Assembly (NCBI GenBank): GCA_951406725.2
Contig: OX597816.1
Coordinates: 93,558,001-93,622,000, forward strand
Source: Octopus vulgaris
Lineage: Eukaryota
Length of the DNA stretch: 64,000 nucleotides
Direction: 5' to 3'
Within the stretch, counting starts at the first letter, position 1; every line of letters begins with the position of its first letter. Under the pieces are notes generated by a model. The model worked only from the letters and a program-made list of their open reading frames with translations. It made no database searches and was not told the DNA's origin. The position numbers were made by a program, and so were the translations under genes. Below, piece by piece: positions 24,421 to 38,357 of the stretch.

Positions 24421-24830
24421 AAACAAAACAAAATAATATTTTTATTTTTCGGATTAACACAGACAGAGTGAACAAGTCGTAAGTTTAAAAACACAACAAA
24501 AAGCTATGCCCGGAGATAAATCTATCAACAACAAAAAAGAACACTACTATTTCTTTCTGTGCGGTCATACGAAAGATCGTATTTAGTAAATCTTAAAACT
24601 TTACTATCTACAACTCCTTTTCTTTTCTTTTTGACTCTCCCTGAGTATTCGAAAATGTAAACATCCTTTTCGTTGAAAAAGTCCTACTGCATTATCCAAC
24701 TGGAAAGACAAATGAACATCTCAAGAAAACTTTAGAATTTTAATATATTACCCAAATACGTAAACACACCTTTTATTGCAACAACACAATTGAATTAAGA
24801 AATTCAAAAATTCAACGGCGTGAATATCAG

Positions 24831-24920
<90 letters not shown>

Positions 24921-25639
24921 TTTGTGTATGTATGTATGGATGTATAAATAAATAAATAAATATATATATATATATGTATATATGTGCATATATATGTCAT
25001 TGTTTTTTTAACCAGTAATTAGAAAAGGTTGAATTGCTTCTTTTCAAAGCAGCGCTCTCAATCTACATTAGACCTCTGCTGACTCAAAGGGTGCGAAGAT
25101 TCTTTTGTCTCTACGGCTAACCTCCCCACCATCTGCCGAATCTATGTATAGACCTGCAGAATATGATCTACTCACCAAGCTGCTACCCAACTGTTTCCTC
25201 CAGCAACTACATATTTATGATTATCTCAAGTACAAGACAAAAATTGAAAATAAAAAACAATAAACTCTTGTAGTAATTAACGGAAATAGTAATAATGAAA
25301 ATAACAATGGAAATGGTGGTGATGGTGATAATGATAAGAATTAAAATAATAATAATATGCTGCAACTGCTAATACTACAACTAATATTATGATAGCACAG
25401 GAATCTGAGGCCCAACTACGACCCTTATCACTACCCCAACCCTTGCTACTGTTGCTGTTGCTGCAACTACTGCTGCTATTACACATGAAAACGATAATAG
25501 TGATATCAGTGATGATAATAATAATAATCATAATGAAAGGAAACGGGTCGAGCCTCACATGGACTGATTAATGATACATCTAGTGATGGTGTCACAATAA
25601 AAACACTGATAATAGCGCAACCTGATAATCGCTACCTCA

Positions 25640-28150
25640 TATGAGTGGCAATGAAAAAACAAAATATTGTGAAAAACGGTGGTAATGAAACTGAAACCAA
25701 TGATGGTGACAGTGTTTCACCCGGCAGGCTCAGAGATTCTGGTCGGCTCCAGCCTGTCGATATCCAGAAAGGAACCACCACACACTGCGTAGATGGAGCA
25801 AGCAAATTAATCCTGTGGTCATGCAGTGTTACTATTTGAGCACCCCGGTAGATGAAAATGGTGCTCAAATTAGGGGTTACCGACAACATATGTATAATCA
25901 TTAGAGAGAAAAGGGATTGTTTCAACTTACGGAGCAGAGACTATGTGATCAAGCTAGAGCAATAAGAAAAAATAGTTGGTTCACAGAAGTAGATCTCGAA
26001 GCTATCAAAAGACGGGTCTTGGAAAATAGCAGCAGAGATAACGATGAAAATACAGTTCTTACTAATATGAGAAATCTCATAGTACAGGAAAGGAGCAGTG
26101 GTAGTTTTCTTGATGTGATACATATAGATGATCTAAAAGAAGCCAATAAAACTAATGGCGACATGACACATGGACAAAAGGCAATCTACGACAGAATGAA
26201 GGCAAGACTACAAGAGAACGATAGCGACATTGTTTGCAACCTAAAAAAGGTTGATCAATGGAAACTGAACCAAGAAACGAAAAATGTCAATAAAATTCTG
26301 AAATACATCAGAACAGATAACATCACAGAAACAAATAATTTGATCAAGACATCAAGTATCGTTGTAGCAGAAAACGTGGGTGTTGATGTCAAGAAAATGA
26401 AACATAATGGGAGTGACAAAAGAAAAGATCCATGGTGGAAAAGAAGAATCCAGGGAGGGTTAGACATGCTCTCGAAGAAAATCTCTGTTAGACCGAAAAG
26501 AGAAAGGGGAGCTTAAAAGCGAACAAAAATATAGGGCGCCGAAAAAGGATGTATAATATTGAAAGAAAGGACCTGAAAGTGGTATTGGAGGAATTGAAAC
26601 AGCACCTCGTTGCAAAGATGGTAAGATACGATCAAAAGAATGAAAGGTTACCACCAGAATAGGTTATTCAGAGTAGATCAGAAGAGATTCTTTAAAGAAA
26701 TAAATGGAGCGTGTACAGATGAAAAGTTGATACCAGATAACAATGAAAGTCAAAGGTTTTGGAGTGACATCTGGAGCAAAACAAGAAGGATGCTGAAAGG
26801 TTGCAAGAACTGAAACGAACAATAGGCTGTCCAAAACAGACAGAACTTGTCATTTCAATTAGGGATGTGAGGAAAATCAGCAAAAGATTAAGCAACTCGA
26901 AGGCCCGGGGGACAAAAAGAAGTTCAAGGCTACTAGATCAAAATGTCACGCACGAATAGCTGCGCAACTCAATGTCACGCACGAATGTGAATGTCACGCA
27001 CGAATAGTTGTGCAAATCAACACCTTGTTAAATGCTGACCAAGTAACACCAGAGTGGTTGACATTGGGTAGGACAGTGCTGTATTTGAAAAACATCGAAA
27101 AAGGCAATACGGTAGACAATTACAGGCTGATATCCTGTTTGCCACTTATGTGGAAGTTATTGACTGGAATACTCGCAGAGTCAGTGTACGAGCATCTGGA
27201 AAAAAAGGAGTCCTGCTACATGAACAGAAACGTTGCAAGCGTAAGTGCAGAGGTACCAAGGATCAGCTCCTGATAGACAAAACTGTACTTAGAGACCGCA
27301 AGAGGAGGAAAAGTAACTTAGCCATGTCATGAATCGACTATCGTAAGGCGTACGATATGATCCCACACTCTTGGATTATGGAGTGTATGAACCAATTTGG
27401 TTTTGCATCGAATGTTGAGCGCTTGCTTGAAAAAGAATTGGAGGATGGATCTGACAGTATACGGAAAAAGTTTAGGGACAGTAGAAATTAGGAAGGGCAT
27501 CTTCCAAGGGGACTTCCGGTCCCCACTGATCTTTGTACTGTCCTTGATACCACTAACACTGATTCTGAGGAAAGCAAAAGCTGGGTATGTATTCAAAAGC
27601 CGCCAACAAAAAGTCAACCATTTGTTATTCATGGATGACCTCAAACTTTATGGTAAATATGAAGTGCAAGTCAGTTCCCTCGTTGTTATCAGAATGGTGT
27701 TCTGACTGGGAGAGGCAAAATCAAATGATACCGTCGCGTGAGGTTACGAAGTAGATAGAAGAGACGGGCTATAAGTACTTGGGGATTTTGGAAATGGATA
27801 AATTGATGGAGAAAGAAATGACAGAAAAATGTAAGGTGGAGTACTTGCGCAGACTGAGACTGATCCTTAAGTTGAAATTAAAGGAAGGAATAAGATTAAA
27901 GCTATTAACATCTGGGCGGTTTCACTCCTTAGATATGGAGCAGGGGTAATCGTATGGACAGTAGACGAATTCAGCTTATACAGAAAGACAAGGAAGTTAC
28001 TAACTAGATATGAGACACTCCACACAACAAGTGACACAAACAGACTATATGTACCAAGAAAAAGAGGGGAAGAGGACTTATTGGATGCGAACACAGCATT
28101 AGAGCAGAAGAAAACGACATACATGGTATGTAAAAAATACCACAGAACTG
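25640..28150 (+). mobile_element. R4/Dong(Rex6)-like non-LTR retrotransposon with degraded ORF including reverse transcriptase
   Basis: 'EQRLCDQARAIRKNSWF', 'DPWWKRRI', '[18 protein letters not shown]', 'GTKDQLLID', 'DYRKAYDMIPHSW', 'GIFQGD..SPLIF', 'HLLFMDDLKLY' and 'YKYLG'. Many stops and frameshifts. Confidence 0.88.
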
Positions 28151-28590
28151 CTATTGTGTGTGTGTGTCCAAATTGAGGGAGTGGGACGGGTAGCATGGAG
28201 GCTGCATATATTTCTTAGGTAGCTGATTCTCTGATGTAATAGTTACTCAACGAGGGGGTGCTCAACTTGGATAATCATCAGGCTGAGATTACTTCAATTA
28301 AATGAAGATTACGTTGTTGCTTGGAATTTCCAAGTTAACATACCGCAGATGTGAGTTGAAATGAAAAGTGAAACCGGAAGTATAAAATGAACAAAAAAAT
28401 GTTTGAAGAAATAAAACGGTCAATAAGAAAGGGAAGGGTGAGGTCAAATATGTAGGAGTAGGAGTTGACAGCAACGAAGAAAAGGTGTGAGGGAAGAAAG
28501 AGGAGGTAGATCGCTGTCTTTAAGGGGAGAAAGAATAGTTGTCATAAATATATCTAATACACTTGGATCCCCTGATCTTACTCTTGTATA

Positions 28591-28675
<85 letters not shown>

Positions 28676-29199
28676 GTCTGTGTGTGTGTGTGTGCGTGTA
28701 TGTGAATGTGAGTGTATGTGTATGTGAGTGTATGTGTATGAACAGAGAGAGAGAGAGAGAGAGAGCGATAGAAATGGGAGCGGAATACGTGAAATGTTCC
28801 TCCTATCTTCGGTCTCTTTTTAACTATTTCTTTGTGTGTTGCTCGCATAGTGGAACAAAGACAGAGACTGACATACAACATCACGCGCGATGAAGAAACA
28901 ACGATCGTAATGGTGATGGTGGTTTGAATACCGAAGTAAAGGGGATCGATATCATACAGTATAGCAGCGTTCTTTTCTGCTAAGTGAAAGCAAAATTTAT
29001 CTCATTACTAAAAACGTACAGCGTTAGAAACGATTACAGATTTTATACACAGCAAATTTAAATAATATATCGTCATACGATGATAGAATATATTAGCCTT
29101 TAAATATCTTAAATGTATATTTTAAAAAGATTTCAACGGCCAGTCATCCAACCATCTGCGCCCGTTCATCAAACTACATATGTGTAAGTATATTACATA

Positions 29200-29335
29200 C
29201 ATATAAGAGGGGTTGACCACTAAGTGGGCATCCATTATGCTAGAAGTCGACCCCCTATATGCTAGTCCACTGGTTTTAAATTGATATTAATAAAATTAAT
29301 ATTCAATTTTTCACCCTTATTATTTTAAATTTATG
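29200..29335. mobile_element. Penelope-like terminal-repeat fragment (family of 7451-8097) with internal inversion
   Basis: 'accactaagtgggcatccattatgctagaag' matches 7466 and 7999. The following 'ctggttttaaattgatattaa...aatattcaatttt.caccct' is the reverse complement of about 7870-7935. Confidence 0.65.
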
Positions 29336-29719
29336 CGTAAGTATATATAGTTAACCAAAGCAGAAAAACACATGCAATAACGCACTTCGTTGCAAACGAT
29401 TTCTTGAGAGTGATTTCCCAGAATGTTCATAATGGTTTTAAAAAGAAAAATCTCTATTTTACTTCAATTAACTCAATATCGATTTTCACTTCTGCTCAAA
29501 AGATTTTGATTGAATTTGTACCACTTCATAAAAGAATGCCTTTGATCGGTTAATTATCGAACTGTTAAAAACAAAATTGTATCGATATCTGCTTAGAGAT
29601 ACTGACAGTTACATACTAATATCGTATATCATAATTAGTTTACATTTACCTCCGTAGATGTATCACTCTCTCATTCTCTCTCTCTTTCACATGTGTGTAT
29701 GCGTGCGTGTGTGTGTGTA

Positions 29720-29761
<42 letters not shown>

Positions 29762-30829
29762 CGTGTGTTGTGTGTGTGTGTGTGTGTGTGTACATAAGAA
29801 TGTTTGCTCTTAATACCCAATATCGACAGCAAGCACTGTTAAGGATATATAAAAAAAGAAGGATCTTGTCTTTTTCATTCGCAAAATAAGACCCCTTTTT
29901 ATTTTGCTCAGATTGCTTTCAATTTTGGTGTATCTGTGCAAATCTGGACTTTGATTACGGACAACCAAGTACTTTATCTCGTAAATTAAAGAATCTGATG
30001 TTATTTGGAATTAAAGTTTTGAAATTTGGGTAATTTTAGCCAATCAACAGACAGCGCGTCATTAGCAGCTTGTTACCATGACAACCGCACGAATAGTTGT
30101 GGTTCACTGTCTGTGCCGCACGTTGTTCTATGTTGGTTTTTCACACCTGATTTTTCATACCACGAGATTCTTTTTACCCGCGTGTTTTGTTTTAATTGTT
30201 TTGTGTTTCTGTGTATTAGTATTTTTCTGTGCTTTTTCTATGTTAGTACTTTTACATATTTTTCATTTCATATATTTTTGGGACTCATTGACTCAGATAT
30301 TTGTATTTAAGATTTCACTAGGTTAATTGTGTTCGTAAACATTTTAATTAGGAGTATTTCTTAAACCGTTAGCTTCACTTTTCAACAGCTTAACTGAAAT
30401 TTTGCCCATCGTAACAGGAACTGAGTTGGATATCGTGGGTGATACAGATAATTTGACATTATTTTTGAATTCTGCATGCAAAAACGTATAAGATAAAGCT
30501 ATTCTTTTCCTTGGGACAAATTCTTTGTTGACCAGTGTTATTCTTATCGTAGTTTACAAATCCAAGCATGAAAACGATACTCAACTTTGGAGTTTTGGGT
30601 AGGGACAAAGATAGCGATAGGTTTAAACTGCTCTTCTGCTTAGTTCGACCCCCTGACTTTTGAGCACCTTTAAGGGGCTCTACCAAGCTGCAAGTATTCA
30701 AATCAGGTCTTCAGTTCATGGTGGTCTCTTTCACCGATAGTCTCAAAGGCAACAACATCTAAGCTACACACTCACACACACACACACATACACACACACT
30801 AACACACACACACTCATACACACATACTA

Positions 30830-30860
<31 letters not shown>

Positions 30861-31362
30861 GGCACCAAAGCTATATAAACCTGGATCACAACTGAAATAA
30901 CTTTAAAAGGTTTGTATGCGTGCTGAGTGTATGCCGTGTGCATGGGTGTGCGTGTGTATGCGTATTTACGTGAATATATACACATACACACATACACAAA
31001 TTTCTCCTTGCGTGCCTGCGCATATGCGTGCGTGTGTGTGTGTGTACGTACGCGTATGTGTGTGTAGGTATATATGTATGCACGTATACATATTTAATAT
31101 ATGCATGTATGTATGTATGTGTGCATGTGTGTGTGTCTATGAATGTGTAATTGCATGATATAACGCACTACGGATGCATAGGAGGTGTTGTTTATGTAAC
31201 GATGATTGGCAGAACTGTATTTAGATATCGTGTTGACAATTATGATTTAACAATGGAGGAAAAAGTCTTTTCTTAACAAATATTGCACGTATCCAAAGCC
31301 GTTCGCTTATCATTATCAGTTGGCTGATGGAGTATTCGTAACTCAATAACTCATAATTTCAA

Positions 31363-31760
31363 GGCGGCGAGCTGGCAGAGTCGTTAGCACGCCGGACGAA
31401 ATGCTTAGCGGTATTTCGTCTGCCGTTACGTTCTGAGTTCAAATTCCGACGAGGTCGACTTTGCCTTTCATCCTTTCGGGGTCGATAAATTAAGTACCAG
31501 TTATGCATTGGGGTCGATGTAATCGACTTAATCCTCATGTCTGTCCTTGTTTGTCCCCTCTATGTTTAGCCCCTTGTGTGTAGTAAAGAAATAGGTATTT
31601 CGTCTGCCTTTATGTTCTGAGTTCAAATTCCGCCGAGGTCAATTTTGCCTTTCATCCTTTCGGGGTCGATTAAATAAGTACCAGTTACGTACTGGGGTCG
31701 ATCTAATCGACTGGCTCTCTCCCCCAAAATTTCGAGCCTTGTGTCTAGAGTAGAAAAGAA
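31363..31760 (+). mobile_element. Full dimeric SINE family A (tRNA-like head, core, tail 1, core, tail 2)
   Basis: 'ggcggcgagctggcagagtcgttagcacgccggacgaaatgcttagcggtatttcgtctg...gagttcaaattcc' (A and B boxes). The core 'gcctttcatcctttcggggtcgat...aagtaccagtta' is present twice. Confidence 0.9.
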
Positions 31761-32810
31761 CTCATATTTTCAAGTATTGAGACCTAAATTTAATCAACAA
31801 GTGTTCTTCATTCCACGTTTCACATCAACTGCTAAGCGTTCTTATTATACATTATTTCAAAAAAGAAATCGCTTACAAGAATTTGTTACTTAATTCAGGA
31901 GTAATATAAACCAACTGCAGCATTCCTGAATACGGCTAATTTATTTTTAGGCTCTATTATTGAATATTTTTACCAAATAATAATGATTCTTTCTGATAAG
32001 GACTTTGTAGCGATTCAAGTAGACAAAAATGCAGCATGCCTAGGTTCACACTGCACTCCATTTTATAAATAATCCTTTGTTGTTGGTGGGAAGTACATGG
32101 TAATTAACATAAGGCCATATTGTACTTGGAGCAATGAATTTGCAGGTACAACCCAGCCGTTTGACTCTCTACTTGTGTACCTCATCAAGGCTGCGAAAAC
32201 AACTATGACATTTCCTTTCCTTTAAATGATATTCATTTTTATGTCCCAAGTAATTTAATAAATGATTTAGAAGTGGAATCGAAACTAACTTAACTAACTC
32301 CAGTTATAGCAGAAGTCGATAACTGACGCCAACTAGTCAGATGTGACGCCAAAGTTATTCAAAATACTTTTAATTGCGACCAATATTGTTTAGTTTATAA
32401 ACAAGCAATATAAAGAAACATTCAAAACAAAATTTCAGCTAAAATCGTTTTTATTTTACATCACTTTTTTTTTCACTTTTAACATGGTTGTATGTGTATA
32501 GGGTGAGATGGGGATGCGAGTGAGTGGTAGTGTAAAATAAATCAAAATATTTACAAAAAAAAGATACGCAATACAATAGCGCAGCGGTAGAAATGTCGGT
32601 GTGCCTTGTAGTACTTAGTCACCTACCTATGCTTACTGAGTTCAAATCCTTGCATTTCAGAGTTGATAAAATAAACAGCAGCCATATACTAAACCGATTC
32701 AATCGATTATACATCTCTTCTACAAAGTGTGGCCCTATGACGACGCGAGCAATCATTAATTAATAAGCAATACCAAAATAATTGCCAAAGGAAACAGATA
32801 CAAAAGACAA

Positions 32811-32821
32811 CGACGACGATA

Positions 32822-32895
<74 letters not shown>

Positions 32896-32901
32896 AACGA
32901 T
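32811..32901 (+). repeat. (GAT)n trinucleotide microsatellite
   Basis: Direct inspection. It is one of dozens of (TA)n, (TG)n, (AG)n, (TAGA)n, (TATG)n and (TAA)n tracts in the window. Confidence 0.95.
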
Positions 32902-32979
32902 GTTACAGTAACAATGAACGCGACGACATCGATAATAATGACAACAACCACAGTAAGTTCATATGTATGCATGTATGTA

Positions 32980-33057
<78 letters not shown>

Positions 33058-33672
33058 ACCACATGATGTTTGGGCGGTAGTTTCATTGATACGAGTGTTA
33101 AGAGAAAGAAAAGAATAACAGAAGAGATGTGAAACGAGAAAAACTAGTAAAAAGAAAGAAAGAAAGAAAGAGAAAATAAAAACAAATTGATGATCCTTGT
33201 GGATAGCAGTGAGGGAGAAAGGTGGTTGAAAGAGAAAAAAAAAATACTGAAGGAAGCTGGAACAATAAAGTGAATAAAAATTGAGACAATTTGGAAGCTA
33301 AAAGCAGCATAATTACATATTGCACGGGAATAGATTAATGTATAGTCGCCATACAGCATGTTCTGTCTCGTCTATTCGTCTTGCAAAAAGGAACGGTGCA
33401 AAAATATAAGCGAATAGAATGCTTAGCTTCAACTCTACGCCACGCATGTTATTTCTGTAAGCGTCATCTCTAATTTAACTACGATGTTTTCGGTTCGTCT
33501 GCCCAGCTCCACAGTAGTCTACAGAATCAGCCATATTTCAATAACTCACTTGGTATTTTAATACCTACTTTGAGCGAAACATAAAAAACACAAAATACTT
33601 CAGGAAAAATAATAAGAAAAAAAAAAAAAGAAACGGTACTTACTGAAAAAGTGTGATTGTAAAAATACAGAT

Positions 33673-33740
<68 letters not shown>

Positions 33741-33748
33741 TACATACA

Positions 33749-33782
<34 letters not shown>

Positions 33783-33842
33783 CATATACAAATATATATA
33801 TATATATATATCATATACTATAATATATATATACATATGTAT

Positions 33843-33906
<64 letters not shown>

Positions 33907-34485
33907 CTTTGATCATTTCTTATCAGCAAGTGCTTAATCACAGACTAATTAACCCAGAATGTTTTGTGAGTATTTAAAATGTTATACAAGTGTAACGAAT
34001 TTTGATTCATTAACTTTGATGGCTTCTTTATGACATAAACATGTCCGAAAATATCGTTTAAAACTTACTAGCTTTTCTGGCTGTTTGCAGAGAATATTCA
34101 TAAACGATGGCGGATGAAACGCAATGTGTACTGGTTTGGTGTTCATGTTGTAACTTATCTGAGAATATGTATGTTCTGGGGTTTGAGTATAAACAGGTGT
34201 ACGTATGTGTATATGCGCGTGTGTGTGTGTGTGTGTGAATATGTGTGCATACATATGCTTGTGAACTGATGAACCCATAATTCAACAAAGGAAAAAAAAG
34301 CATAAATACTGTACGGTTATCTCTCATGTAATGAAAATATTGCCCTAACGTGCAGTCCCTGAGCGTGAAACGTATTTTTCTATTGATTTCCATGTTCATT
34401 GACTTCCATTTAACATGAAAATCGGAAATAAAATAGGTTTGCTTTATAAAACTGAGTTTATGGTAAGATTTTCAAGAATTTACAA

Positions 34486-35032
34486 CAGTGTTTCTCAACT
34501 TATATGGACCCCTAAGGGTACATATAAGATTTTGGTGGGGGAGGGTCCACGCAACAAAATAGTAAATTGGAGGTGGGATTCACAGTAATATTTGAAGAGC
34601 CGCTGGAAAATAATTTGTTTTAGATGTATGTGTTGGTATGTATTGCTAACATTTTGCATAGTTTTAATGTGTAAAAAGCAAAATAGGAAAAAGCAAAATA
34701 AGCATCTATAAAGCTAGTTTTAAAACATCGAGTGGCTATGGGGGTCACATACAGGCGGTGAGCTGGCAGAAGCGTTAGCACGCTGGGCGAAATGCTTAGG
34801 GGTATTTCGTCGGCCGCTACGTTCTGAGTTCAAATTCCGCCGAGGTCTACTTAGCCTTTTATCCTTTCGGGGGTCGATTAACTAAGTACCAGTAACGCAC
34901 TGGGGTCGATGTAATCGACTTAATCCTCATGTCTGTCCTTGTTTGTCCCCTCTATGTTTAGCCCCTTGTGAGCAGTAAATAAATAATAGTAATCAAAGGC
35001 GTTCATAGGTGTAAAATGGTTGAGAACTCCTG
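34486..35032. mobile_element. hAT-type MITE with a nested SINE family A (34754-34980)
   Basis: TIRs cagtgtttctcaac / gttgagaactcctg and an 8-bp TSD atttacaa/atctacaa. Confidence 0.8.
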
Positions 35033-35734
35033 ATCTACAACCTGTTATGATAAGCACGGAGCTGTTTTTGTTTTATTTACTATTTGCTCTGGTTCATTGT
35101 AAGGGGCACGCGAAACCGTCGTAATCCTGGATGAATCTAATGTGTTATTTTTACGCTATTGATTCTTTCTATTAGCAATTGCTTTAAATGTGTTTTTGGT
35201 CGCTGTGCTATGTCTTCTATGTATATTATTAATGTCGTAAAGGTGTTGTATATGTCCTCTGTGAGTGTGTGATATGTTTATGTTGTCGCGTGTGATAGCT
35301 GGCTGTAATCGATATCCCCTGGCTGCTGGTTAGTCGTGAGATTGGGGATTTTGTAAGTGCTATTTTAAATTTGCTGCTTTTAAGCCCCGGTTTCTATGTG
35401 AATTAAATAGGATTAGTACAGCAAGTTGTGCAGCGATGTCTAGAGATGGATGAGAGAATGCGGATGTTGTGCCATTTGTGTATAACGCTGTGTGCGCACT
35501 ATTTGGAAGCGTGCGCAATTTGAGTAGTAGATATTAGTTGCAAAAAATGGATGAAAAAACGGATATTTGTGATATTTCTTTCGGGAAACTGTTGGTGCAA
35601 AAGAATCGTAGAAGATAGATCGTTTTATTGCATGAGCCTTATTATATTTAGCGACAACTATTTATGTCTTTAGCTCCACTCTCTCTCTCTCTCTCCCCAC
35701 ACATACATACATACATGCACACGCACACACACAC

Positions 35735-35896
<162 letters not shown>

Positions 35897-36029
35897 CCCT
35901 ACGCGATCGAAACTATGCATATATTTGGTCACAGCAAGAAACAGGGTGTTGTAGATGTGGTCATCTGTCTCATCAGTACTGGTTGCATATCCCGTTCTTG
36001 ATATTATCATCTAGTAGTATATATATTTA

Positions 36030-36189
36030 TGTTTCTCCTTGTTTTTTTCAGTGTATCTTTCTGTCGAAGAGCGTAGGCCCGAAACGTAAAATACTTTTTC
36101 TATTTCTATTCCTGAGCGCTATACTAATACATTTGTTTGTTTGTACTCCACATGCCTTCGTCTTTTGTTTATTTTCGTAAACTTTCCCG

Positions 36190-36190
<1 letters not shown>
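36030..36190 (+). mobile_element. Short Penelope-like/retrozyme-type element with a variant minimal type I HHR (36058-36091)
   Basis: ttt-CTGTCGA-a-gagc-gtag-gccc-GAAA-cg-TA-aaa. Homologous to 62530-62698 and ends at (TA)n. Confidence 0.7.
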
Positions 36191-36243
<53 letters not shown>

Positions 36244-36457
36244 TATTATAAAAGGCAGATTTTATCTGCCTCCCTTTGTCTCTTATAGAAATCTACAATA
36301 TAGGATTTCTTCAATTACAATTTACCTAGCATTTTTAAGAGTAAAATACATCGGGTCGTGCCAGGTACAGTTTTTCAAATTTCATCCCCAATTAAGCAAA
36401 ATTTCGAGAAAACTCACATTGTGGTGTGTAAGTGAAGTGCTTTTCTTAGTGTGGGCT

Positions 36458-36496
<39 letters not shown>

Positions 36497-37233
36497 AGCG
36501 AAATGCTTCACTCATGCTATCACCCTAATTTCTCCTCCTTTCTCTTTGCAAGTATGCAACGATTAAAGTGAAAGTATTTATATAAAACGAGAGAAGTGTA
36601 CCTTAAACCACTACTCAAAAAAAAAACACAGCAAACAGAAACAAATAAATACATAACGATTTACTCCTCACACAATTTCTTCAATTAGAGTTTACCTATG
36701 ATTTTTCAAAGTACTTCCATTCGGTCATGGCATACAAAATTTCTTTCAATTTCACCCCCATTTCAGAAAAAATTCGAGAAAACTAAATATTTTACCATTT
36801 CACTCTTTCACTCTGCATATTACTCCCACTTCCTCTTTACACACATAGACACGCAAATATATAAATAAAATTGTAAGCTAACGTGTGTGTGTGTGCGTGT
36901 GTGTGAGTGTGTGTGTGTGTGTGTGCGTGTGTGTGTGTGTGAGGGTGCGTGTGTGTCTGTGTGTGTGTGTGCGTGTGTGTGAGTGTGTGACAGTCAGACT
37001 GGTCATCCTTTTTGCTAGAAGATCACCTATGGTCTTTTATGCTCCAACACTGGTTTTCAGTTCATATTAATCAAATTAATATTCACAACAAGAAGGACTA
37101 TTCATTATAATACATCAGTTCCACACATTTACCCTGGTTCCATTTCGGACAACTGCACAAACATTTGCCATTTCACACATGTATGTAAACAAATTCCTTT
37201 CTTAAAAATTTCAATTCATTTTCTTTTTCAATT

Positions 37234-37589
37234 CATACAAAGTTTTTTAGGACGAATATAAGATCTAAAGTATATCCAAGTAGCAGAAAGATCGCCCAAA
37301 AGTGTATATAGATATTTAAATGTTTTTATATATTCATCTATGCACACATGTATGTATAACGTGTGTGTATATATTTCCATACAGGTAACCATTCACTCCA
37401 TACAAAGTTTTTTAGGACGAAAATAAGATCTAAAGTTATCTCTAAGAAGCAGAAAAATCGACCAAATGTGTATATAGATATTTAAATGTATTTATATATT
37501 CATCTATACACACATGTATGTATAATGTGTGTGTATATATTTCCATAGAGGTAACCATTCACTCCATACAAAGTTTTTTACGACGAAAA
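37234..37589 (+). repeat. 165-166-bp tandem repeat (2 full units plus a partial) inside the Helitron
   Basis: Units start with 'catacaaagtttttta.gacgaa' at 37234, 37399 and 37565. Confidence 0.85.
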
Positions 37590-37835
37590 TCTTTATATAT
37601 AAAAGAAATATTGTGTGTCTGTCTACTCCGATTTAGATTCCTAACTACTCCCACATTTTGCGATGCAGTTTAACCAAAACCGGGTATCTTATAGTCGTGA
37701 TTCATATCGAGCCCTTCTGGGTATTAGCGCGCGTCTACGATGAGTCTACGATTTTACAAATAATTTACCATCATTTTTTCCATTTTAATGCATATTTTTT
37801 AATAAAGGGAAGTAACTCTCAAACTTCACACCAAT

Positions 37836-38357
37836 ATGCGTGCTCATATGCGACGTAATATCACATCAGCAGCATTTCCTCACACCCTCCTTGCACTTGG
37901 CGAAGGCAAAATACCAGGGGATGAAAATGGTAATATTTCCATCGATTCCATTTGTACCTTTGTTAAGATGCCTTCTGATCTCAGAGATGCAGTGTTCCCA
38001 GATCTACAAGCTAATTATCAGAATATGGATTGGATTGGCAAAAAGGCTATACTGGCCCCGAGGAATAAAACTGTTCACCATATTAATGATGAAATGCTAA
38101 AACTCATTCCTGGGGAAGTCTATGTATATCAGTCTATCGATACAACTCCTCACCCAGAGGACGTCATCAACTATCCAATAGAGGTACTCAATTCCTTTGA
38201 GCACCCCGGACTACCACCACACATTCTCAAAATTAAAGTTGGTGCCCCTATAATGCTCATCAGAAATTTGATTCCCCCAAAACAATGCAATGGCACACGT
38301 TTGATCGCTAAGTCCTTATCTCCCACCGTAAACTTATATCAATATTTGCCTGAATAA
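37836..38357 (+). pseudogene. Helitron Rep/Hel PIF1-like helicase fragment
   Basis: 'AILAPRNKTVHHIN...YQSID...YPIEVLNSFEHPGLPPHILKIKVGAPIMLIRNL...CNGTRL' is a PIF1 helicase 2B-region motif set. It is truncated at both ends. Confidence 0.88.

Noticed and set aside
32782-33054. Poly-Asp ORF that might be a biomineralisation protein
   Set aside because: It is a pure (GAT)n tract running into (TA)n, with no splice or codon evidence.
35080-35640. Possible LINE ORF1/gag remnant on the minus strand
   Set aside because: The composition is suggestive, but no motif could be identified with confidence.
37836-38357. Host PIF1 helicase gene
   Set aside because: It is a fragment bounded by Helitron termini, so it is transposon-derived.
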